IMG/VR virus record: IMGVR_UViG_3300020440_001565
Span: 1-64,000 of that record
DNA length: 64,000 nucleotides
Source: a virus
Lineage: Duplodnaviria; Caudoviricetes
Strand: one strand, 5' to 3'
This document shows, piece by piece, positions 57,174 through 64,000 of this stretch. The notes beneath the pieces were generated by a model, which worked only from the letters and a program-made list of their open reading frames with translations, was not told the origin of the DNA and searched no databases. Each line of letters begins with the position of its first letter. The stretch's first letter is position 1. Both the position numbers and the translations under genes were made by a program.

Positions 57174-57738
57174 TCTCTTCTTCTACCTCACTAACCACAG
57201 TAAGATCTCTAAGTTTCTTTGTAAAGTATTTAACATCTTTCTTCTGCCAGTCATAGTGTAGTGTTTTATCTGTTTTGTTTCCATTGTCAACCTCTTCTTC
57301 TACTACTCTAACTCTCATAACAAACAGTCCTCCAGGCTTTAACCATTTTTTACAAAAATTAAGTTGTTGGTATATTTGTGTATCACCACCTATGTTAATT
57401 GAACCCAATGCCATTACTGCATCAGCACACCCAGGCTTAAAAATTTTATCTGCATCTCTTATACCTACGTTTATATCAGCGGTAGGGTAAGGAGCAATAT
57501 CTATACCTACTAAATTTTTAATTCTGTGTTTTAAATGATTACCGCCGCAACCAACATCAATTACTAATGTAGGATTAAGTTCATTAATTTTGTCAACAAG
57601 ATTTAATGAACTTTTAGTATGAGAAATAAATCTTTCATAAGGATATGGATTGTCTTTAAAGAAATTTGATATTTTTTCTTCAAGTGTATCACCTTCTGAA
57701 TTTAATATTCCTAATGATGCAAATGTATGTTTTTTCAT
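57106..57738 (-). CDS. class I SAM-dependent methyltransferase
   Basis: VIDVGCG, VGID, LKPGG. Confidence 0.8.
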   Translation of the reverse strand: MKKHTFASLGILNSEGDTLEEKISNFFKDNPYPYERFISHTKSSLNLVDKINELNPTLVIDVGCGGNHLKHRIKNLVGIDIAPYPTADINVGIRDADKIFKPGCADAVMALGSINIGGDTQIYQQLNFCKKWLKPGGLFVMRVRVVEEEVDNGNKTDKTLHYDWQKKDVKYFTKKLRDLTVVSEVEEEIAMGKNGQDIKCLVWVWRRNDV

Positions 57739-57750
57739 TTTCTACCTTTC

Positions 57751-57825
57751 TGGAGCGGGTAATGGGGTTCGAACCCATGACCTTCTCGTTGGCAACGAGA
57801 CGCTCTACCACTGAGCTACACCCGC
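57751..57825 (-). tRNA. tRNA-Gly(GCC) with encoded CCA
   Basis: Cloverleaf: GCGGGTG/TACCCGC acceptor stem, TCTCG-TTGCCAA-CGAGA anticodon arm, ATGGG-TTCGAAC-CCCAT T arm, U discriminator plus CCA. Confidence 0.95.
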
Positions 57826-59228
57826 CTACTAACTTTATTATATTTAATCTCACTTCGTTTGTCAATAAAATCCTGTTTCCATTGATCAAATTCTGGGTAT
57901 AACTCTAATACGTCTGTGTTGAATAGCTTGTCCATTCTTACCAAATAGTCAACTGCTACTTCAGGAAAACGGTCTCCTCTGTCTTCTCCACCGTCCATAT
58001 AATCTAAAGATTGATATCCGTGTTTGTGTACTCTTCTCAACATCTGTTTCCACATTTTATCGTTCTTCCAAATCTCATGTTTAGAAATTGCATACTCTTG
58101 ATCAAATCCAGATAAGTAAGTATCAAAGTTTATTCTTGCTAACTTTTTTAAACTGTTTGGTAAAAATCTTGGATTTACACCTTGGTTAAACTGCACCACA
58201 CTTGTATGAAATAATAATCCTAATTCAAGCCACCAATCTATTACATCTGGAAATCTAATTACGTTAAGATTTGTTGTGGTACAAGTTCCTGTCATTAAAA
58301 CATTGCTAGTTAACTCGTGTAACTTTTTAACATTTTTTTCTAGCAACGGTGTTTTACTTCCTTCTCGAAAGTACTCATAAGTTTTTTTATCAGCATCAAT
58401 ACTAACTCTCATTAATATTTTTCTAAATGGTTTCCATAGTTCAGCAAATTTTTCTATAATAGATTCTTTTACATTTAAATTTGAATTGTAATCAAGTTGT
58501 ATATCTTTTGCATTGTGATGTAATTCTTTTACAAACTCTGCGTGTGCTGGTTCTATTAAAGGTTCGCCTCCGGAAAATTGAATAATTCTACAGTATTTGG
58601 AAACATCAAGTACATCACGTAGGTACTCGTCCATAACTTGGTTTTTAAAATATAACAACCATTTATAATCTTCTTCTGTTTTTGGAACTCCGAGACTCCA
58701 GTCACCTATTGTAGGATCTTGTTTGTAAACCGATAACCATTTGCTTGAACTTTCTGCACCACAATGTCGACATTGTAAATTACACAGAATACTTTTTCTA
58801 ACCTCAAGCCTGTCAATATCAGATACTTCTGCTGTTATATTTTTGGATTTTATTTTTTCTAAGACTGCTAGAGCTTTAGGATCATTTTCTTTACAGTCTC
58901 TAACAAAGTCTTCTAGGAATTCATGTCTTGTTGAAAAATTACCATAATCTTCTTTGTCCCAACAAGTTTGGCATGATCTAGGTTTTTCATTGTTATGGAA
59001 CATACCTCTAAGTTTTTGATAGTTCTTACTATTAAACTCTTCTGAAAATAATTGATCTTTCCAGTTGCCTAGAGGTAGTTTCTTATCATCATATCGATGA
59101 CAAGCGAATATTGTTCCTAGTTGATCTAGATCTCCATTAATCCAAGGTGCTATACAAAAGTTTGCAGGTAATCCATTTTCAGATAAAAAAGATTGAATCT
59201 CCTGTGACCTCGAATCCTGTGCTTTCAT
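57816..59228 (-). CDS. radical SAM protein with N-terminal twitch/SPASM-like domain
   Basis: FCIAPW...IFAC...CQTC, then CNLQCRHC and FSGGEP. Confidence 0.85.
   Translation of the reverse strand: MKAQDSRSQEIQSFLSENGLPANFCIAPWINGDLDQLGTIFACHRYDDKKLPLGNWKDQLFSEEFNSKNYQKLRGMFHNNEKPRSCQTCWDKEDYGNFSTRHEFLEDFVRDCKENDPKALAVLEKIKSKNITAEVSDIDRLEVRKSILCNLQCRHCGAESSSKWLSVYKQDPTIGDWSLGVPKTEEDYKWLLYFKNQVMDEYLRDVLDVSKYCRIIQFSGGEPLIEPAHAEFVKELHHNAKDIQLDYNSNLNVKESIIEKFAELWKPFRKILMRVSIDADKKTYEYFREGSKTPLLEKNVKKLHELTSNVLMTGTCTTTNLNVIRFPDVIDWWLELGLLFHTSVVQFNQGVNPRFLPNSLKKLARINFDTYLSGFDQEYAISKHEIWKNDKMWKQMLRRVHKHGYQSLDYMDGGEDRGDRFPEVAVDYLVRMDKLFNTDVLELYPEFDQWKQDFIDKRSEIKYNKVSRRV
57837..57865 (-). promoter_or_regulatory. 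consensus sigma70 promoter for tRNA-Gly, inside the upstream CDS
   Basis: TTGACA-N17-TATAAT. Confidence 0.8.
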
Positions 59229-59236
59229 AACTATAT

Positions 59237-59665
59237 TTACTTGATTTCAATTTCAGCACCTGTTTCAGCTTCGAATTTTTTCTTAAAAGCTTCAGCATCT
59301 TCTTTGGAAAGATCACCTTTAATTTCTTTTGGTGCTCCTTCAACAAATTCTTTAGCTTCTTTAAGACCTAAACCTACTTCCGCCCTAACTGCCTTGATAG
59401 ACGCAATCTTTCTATCATCTGGATAAGACTTCAACCATACTGCGTAATCTGTTTTTTCTTCTGCTGGTGCTCCGCCTACTGCTCCTGCGGCCGCTGGTGC
59501 CATCATTGCTGATGCTGATACACCCCATTTATCTTCCAGCATTTTAGAAAGCTCAGATGCTTCTAAGACTGTTAGTTTTGATAGCTCTTCTACGAGACCA
59601 TCAAGTTTTGGATTTGCTGTCTTTGGTGCTTCTTGTACTGCTTCTTCTGACATATTGTTCTCCAT
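59237..59665 (-). CDS. rplL: ribosomal protein bL12 (L7/L12), full length
   Basis: N-terminal [21 protein letters not shown], Ala hinge, C-terminal [24 protein letters not shown]. Confidence 0.92.
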   Translation of the reverse strand: MENNMSEEAVQEAPKTANPKLDGLVEELSKLTVLEASELSKMLEDKWGVSASAMMAPAAAGAVGGAPAEEKTDYAVWLKSYPDDRKIASIKAVRAEVGLGLKEAKEFVEGAPKEIKGDLSKEDAEAFKKKFEAETGAEIEIK

Positions 59666-59731
59666 TGTTTTAGTCTATTTATCACTGTAGAATTAAAACC
59701 CGTTTATAATTAAAATGTATTGTTAGTACAA

Positions 59732-59908
59732 TTAGAAAATTTTCTTTTTGTCAAAAAATCTAGAAGCGGCTTTTATAGGATTTCTCAATCCTGAATAAAC
59801 TTCATCAATAAACTCTATATGTTTATCTAACTTACCATTGAGCTCGTCAAACTTCTTTTCTATTCTATCCATTTGATCTTTGAGCTCTTTGGCTTGTTTT
59901 TTATCCAT
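59732..59908 (-). CDS. 58-aa coiled-coil protein
   Basis: MDKKQAKELKDQMDRIEKKF...; TAATG-coupled to the TctA-like gene. Confidence 0.55.
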   Translation of the reverse strand: MDKKQAKELKDQMDRIEKKFDELNGKLDKHIEFIDEVYSGLRNPIKAASRFFDKKKIF

Positions 59909-61476
59909 TATGCATAATCCATATTTTTATTTTTACTGAATATTCCATAAATTAATAATAATATAGAACATACTAAACAGAATGACATAATTGGATGTTG
60001 CACCCAGATTCCATTGTTTAAGAAATAGTTCTGAGATATTTTATCAAAACTAAATGTTGATGTAAAGTGGTCAAATGCTTTCAAGTCTTTCCAGAAAAAT
60101 ATACCTGTCAATTGATATACACTGGTTTCTATTCTTTCAAATAGAATATAAGCCATTAGCAAACCAGGTCTTGAAAACTTCCAATGCCTACAAATAAAAC
60201 CTATAATACCAAATACACATAGCATTAATAAGTCTTCCCATACATTTACATAATAACGAGATGCCAATACTGCCCATATTGTTAGTGCTAACATTGGTGG
60301 CATCCAATACCTTGCAGGGAAATAAACAATTTTTGTACATTGTCTTGCGAAAGCAATCATTAGTATACCTGCGAATAGAGTACCTAACATATAGCCACCT
60401 AGCAAGTGACTAATAAAAGCCTGGTCATTCATAATAGAAGAGTTACCTACTTCAAACCCTACATACAACCATAGTGCCATTAATATAGCATACATCTTAC
60501 CGCCTGGTATACCAAACATGATAGTAGGGAGTAATCCGCCCATTTTACCAGAGTTATTTGCTCCTTCAGAGCCGATTACTCCTTTGATGTTTCCTTTTCC
60601 AAATGGAACTTCTTCTTTTTTGTTTGTTGCAACAGTGGCCGAATATGCTGACCAGTCGCCAACACCACCACCTGTACCTGGTAGGATACCAACTACCCAA
60701 CCAATTGCACCACCCATAAGTGCTAACCACCTATGTTTCCAAACTGAATATATACCTTCCCATGTTTGTCTATTATGAGTTTTATTATCAATTTTTGCTA
60801 TTTTAAAGTTTGTTACCATGGCTTCATATAATTCTGGTAATGCAAATAATCCGGCGGCTACAATTACAACCGGTATGCCATCTTCTAAATATTCCCAACC
60901 AAATGTGTTTCTTACTTCTCCCATCATTCCATAACCTATGGAACCAATGAATAGTCCAAGACCAATTGCACATAAACTTCTTATTGTGTTTTTTGTTGTT
61001 ACTGTAGATATAAGTGCAAAGGCTAAACATACCATACCAAATATTTCTGGTACTCCTACATATTGACTTATCTTTCCGTAGAAAGGAATGATTGCCATAC
61101 CTAGCAATCCAAATAATAAACCATTTACTGTTGAACAAAATAATGCTGATGATAAGGCGTAAGAAGCCCTACCTTGTTTTGCTAATGGAAAACCGTCGAC
61201 CATTGTTGCGGCGGCTCCACTGGCACCTGGTATACCTAAGAGTACACCTGCAAACGAATCACCTATACTACAAGATACAACCGTGGCTATACTGAATAGT
61301 ACAAATAGGTAATTGGCGCCTGGAAAATCAAAATACGATACAATAACAAAGAGTAGAATAACTGCTTTGCCTGGACCTGCTGATGGAATCAGCCCAATGA
61401 TGCCACCATAGATGATACCTGCTATCAACATGATGGCCCATTGAGCTACTACCGGTAATGCTACCAGCCATTCCAT
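59908..61476 (-). CDS. tctA: tripartite tricarboxylate transporter large membrane subunit (TctA family)
   Basis: About 12 hydrophobic segments, LLGIPG.SGAAATMVDGFPLAKQGRA, EGANNS, FGIPG. Confidence 0.88.
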   Translation of the reverse strand: MEWLVALPVVAQWAIMLIAGIIYGGIIGLIPSAGPGKAVILLFVIVSYFDFPGANYLFVLFSIATVVSCSIGDSFAGVLLGIPGASGAAATMVDGFPLAKQGRASYALSSALFCSTVNGLLFGLLGMAIIPFYGKISQYVGVPEIFGMVCLAFALISTVTTKNTIRSLCAIGLGLFIGSIGYGMMGEVRNTFGWEYLEDGIPVVIVAAGLFALPELYEAMVTNFKIAKIDNKTHNRQTWEGIYSVWKHRWLALMGGAIGWVVGILPGTGGGVGDWSAYSATVATNKKEEVPFGKGNIKGVIGSEGANNSGKMGGLLPTIMFGIPGGKMYAILMALWLYVGFEVGNSSIMNDQAFISHLLGGYMLGTLFAGILMIAFARQCTKIVYFPARYWMPPMLALTIWAVLASRYYVNVWEDLLMLCVFGIIGFICRHWKFSRPGLLMAYILFERIETSVYQLTGIFFWKDLKAFDHFTSTFSFDKISQNYFLNNGIWVQHPIMSFCLVCSILLLIYGIFSKNKNMDYA

Positions 61477-62558
61477 TATTCAGCCAGCTCTGGTCTAATT
61501 TTTGCTTTTTCACCAAATGCTTGTCTTATTTTTATTACATTTAAGTAAGTATCTGGATTCAAAGTTGCCCAAACTTTCTGAGTAATAGTTTGTGCTTCAT
61601 CACCTAATTTCCAATCATACTTTCCTAACTTCTTTGTAAGAATTTTCATTGCTTCTTTGTCTGCAAGTACATCATTCCATGCTTTAATAAGAATTTCTTT
61701 GTTAGGATTGTTTTTCATTGTGTAGACTGATTTACCCATACTTGATCTAGCTTTAATAATCAAGTTGTAAGCATCGTAAAATTCACCTGATGGTTGTTCG
61801 CCCCATCTGGCCACGAAAGCATCATTGAACCATGATTCTGGCTCATTAGGATCTGCTATCATGTCACCATTGTTGTTTACTGTACCATGTGAATACCATA
61901 CGACTGTTTTACCAGCTTTAAGTTCATCTTTGTATGTTTTTCTTTTGTGTGCAAAACCATCTCTTGAAATCTGTAATTGATTTACAAGATATGCTTGACG
62001 TCTTTCACCAGAACCTTTGAAGCCTTTTACTAGTCTCATTGTTGATTTCATACAAGCGATTGTTTCATCAACAGATTGATTACCACATACCATTAGTGCA
62101 TGACCCATTATGTCAACCAACACTTCTGAACCACCATCAATGTGTACTGCTGGATTATCTGTTTCTGGATTTACTCCAGACTTTAAGAACACAAATGTTC
62201 CTTGAAGTTGAAGACCAATTGTATCAACATTTTTTATTGGATCGAAACCTGCCCAACCATCTGGCTTTGTTAACCATCCAATAAATCCACCTGAGCTTTG
62301 TACTACCACTGTTGGATCACTGGACATATTCTTTTGCCATTCTGAGTTTGCTTTTCTACCTTGTTGACCTGGTAGATATCTTATTACCATGTTGTGGCCA
62401 TATGCTTGTAGTTTTTTGTCCCATTGTTTCACAAAATTTTGTGCCCACTTACCATTGCCGCCATCTGGGCCAGCTGGAACTACGTAAGTGAATGTCTCTG
62501 CTACTGCTTGAAAAGAAAACATTAGAGAGAATAACATTGCTATTGCTATTTTTTTCAT
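61476..62558 (-). CDS. TctC/Bug-like periplasmic substrate-binding protein
   Basis: Signal peptide, VVPAGPDGGNG start, adjacent to tctA. Confidence 0.7.
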   Translation of the reverse strand: MKKIAIAMLFSLMFSFQAVAETFTYVVPAGPDGGNGKWAQNFVKQWDKKLQAYGHNMVIRYLPGQQGRKANSEWQKNMSSDPTVVVQSSGGFIGWLTKPDGWAGFDPIKNVDTIGLQLQGTFVFLKSGVNPETDNPAVHIDGGSEVLVDIMGHALMVCGNQSVDETIACMKSTMRLVKGFKGSGERRQAYLVNQLQISRDGFAHKRKTYKDELKAGKTVVWYSHGTVNNNGDMIADPNEPESWFNDAFVARWGEQPSGEFYDAYNLIIKARSSMGKSVYTMKNNPNKEILIKAWNDVLADKEAMKILTKKLGKYDWKLGDEAQTITQKVWATLNPDTYLNVIKIRQAFGEKAKIRPELAE

Positions 62559-62618
62559 ATTGATGTTCCTCCTTAGAACTTATATTATATTACTTTGTTA
62601 AATTGTATTTGTCTACCT

Positions 62619-62647
62619 AAAAAAAAAGGCGCCGTAGCGCCTTTTTT
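62619..62647 (-). terminator. Rho-independent terminator, bidirectional
   Basis: GGCGC-CGTA-GCGCC flanked by A9 and T6. Confidence 0.88.
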
Positions 62648-62655
62648 AGTGTAGC

Positions 62656-63768
62656 TTACTTTAGAAGTTCGGTTTTAACATACGCATCTGAATAACCAAA
62701 CAGCCTCTGAGCCAACTCAACAAGTGTGTTAAGTTTATCCTCGGTCACCAATGATAACAAGTAATCGCTGTGAGCATTCACATCGTCACCTGCTAACCAT
62801 TCGAATTTACCAAGCTTCTTATCCAATCGTGCCATTGCTTCTTTGTCAGCAAATAGATCAGCGATTGCCGAATTAAGATCTGCTAGATAAGGTGAATTTG
62901 GTGCTGTCCAAATTGTTTTTTGGAAACCATCTCTATAACCTTGGAAGGCTACATAGGCATCATAAACAATTCCTGACGGCGCCACGCCCCATACACTTTC
63001 GTATACTTCCGGAAAACTTTGTACACCAGCTGGTGCATTAATATCAGGACCTACTCCACCATTTTTACTATCAACGATACCGTGAGCAAACCATACTCTT
63101 AATTTGCCTGAGTCATAACCGTCTTGATAAAAACGCATTGAAGTTTGAGGTGTGTCCCTTGTAGAATCAAGTTGACCATTGTTGAATGCAATACGTCTGT
63201 CACCGTGACCGCCTGATCCACCAAATCCTTTGATAAATCTTAGACGTTCATCTGTACAAGCGATAAAGTCATCAACAGTTGTAGTTTGGTCTGGTCCACA
63301 CATAATTAGACCTACTGCGACCATGTCTGCCGCAAACCCTGTTCCACCTGTCTTTGGAAATGTCATCATTTGATTTTTGAAATCAGCTGATGAATTAATT
63401 GATACCCAAATGTCAGTATTCATTACTAACACTGGTGCATACTTACGATAGTCAAATCCACCAATGTCTTCTAGTAGATATGCTTCTCCGTTACCACCAT
63501 GTGCAATAACTAAGACTCTAGGATCATTTACACCATTCTTGGCGTATTCTTTAAGACTCTTTTTACCTCTCTGTCCTGCTAGGTATTTTGGTACAATAGT
63601 GTGACCGTATTTTTCCAGCTTCGCATTAAGCTCAGCCATTACTGTGTCACCCCAAAAAGCTGTACCGCCCTTACCTGGATTGCCCGGATATTGAAGTACA
63701 AGAGTTTCTGCTGTAGCTGAAACGGTAAACATTACTGCCGCAACAAATGATAAAATAAATTTATACAT
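62656..63768 (-). CDS. second TctC/Bug-like periplasmic substrate-binding protein
   Basis: Signal peptide, YPGNPGKGGT start, same architecture as 61476-62558. Confidence 0.7.
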   Translation of the reverse strand: MYKFILSFVAAVMFTVSATAETLVLQYPGNPGKGGTAFWGDTVMAELNAKLEKYGHTIVPKYLAGQRGKKSLKEYAKNGVNDPRVLVIAHGGNGEAYLLEDIGGFDYRKYAPVLVMNTDIWVSINSSADFKNQMMTFPKTGGTGFAADMVAVGLIMCGPDQTTTVDDFIACTDERLRFIKGFGGSGGHGDRRIAFNNGQLDSTRDTPQTSMRFYQDGYDSGKLRVWFAHGIVDSKNGGVGPDINAPAGVQSFPEVYESVWGVAPSGIVYDAYVAFQGYRDGFQKTIWTAPNSPYLADLNSAIADLFADKEAMARLDKKLGKFEWLAGDDVNAHSDYLLSLVTEDKLNTLVELAQRLFGYSDAYVKTELLK

Positions 63769-63803
63769 ATTTGAGATCTCCTTTTTTGTATTTCATCTTC
63801 ATT

Positions 63804-63832
63804 ATAGTACTAAATTACAACTGGTTTGTCAA
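63804..63832 (-). promoter_or_regulatory. sigma70-type promoter
   Basis: TTGACA-N17-TACTAT. Confidence 0.75.
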
Positions 63833-63833
63833 C

Positions 63834-64000
63834 TTAAAATTTAAATTTTATTCCTGTTGAAATTCCAGTTGTATCAGTGCCACTGTTTACGTCCACAGAT
63901 TGAAACTCTGTATAAAGAGTTACTTTCTTATTGATACTATACTGAGTACCTGCAGTCATGTATGTATTACCATCTTTAATTTTTCCATAACCACCAAGTA
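63834..64000 (-). CDS. C-terminal end of a probable outer-membrane porin (truncated by window edge)
   Basis: Reads LGGYGKIKDGNTYMTAGTQYSINKKVTLYTEFQSVDVNSGTDTTGISTGIKFKF*; alternating amphipathic strands ending in Phe. Confidence 0.55.
   Translation of the reverse strand, partial: LGGYGKIKDGNTYMTAGTQYSINKKVTLYTEFQSVDVNSGTDTTGISTGIKFKF

Overview
AT-rich segment of a large lytic myophage-like genome. Almost all genes lie on the minus strand, except a two-gene plus-strand island at 52.9-54.5 kb. ORFs are long in the standard code. Contents: virion and tail-fibre genes (one with a collagen-like segment) and a subtilase; replication genes (PolB, putative sliding clamp, clamp loader, RNase H-like exonuclease, an N-terminal DnaE fragment); lysis genes; two tRNAs (Lys-UUU, Gly-GCC); a 7-deazaguanine pathway (FolE, QueE, DpdL-like, TGT/DpdA-like) interleaved with sugar and nucleotide enzymes; many host-like genes (SdhA, ClpA, DnaJ, GroES, HtrA, PDF, glutaredoxin, IscA, Hfq, Hc1-like, bL12, TctA/TctC/TctC/porin); and four radical-SAM/SPASM enzymes with accessory tailoring enzymes. 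Both sigma70 TTGACA-N16/17-TANNNT promoters and T4-like TATAAATA late boxes recur, and about a dozen sit at a spacing that predicts leaderless mRNAs. Two structured non-coding segments (beside hfq, and at 52.5-52.8 kb with a pseudoknot or switch) are unexplained. An alphaproteobacterial host is inferred from sequence style only. All functional calls come from motif recognition; no database searches were run.
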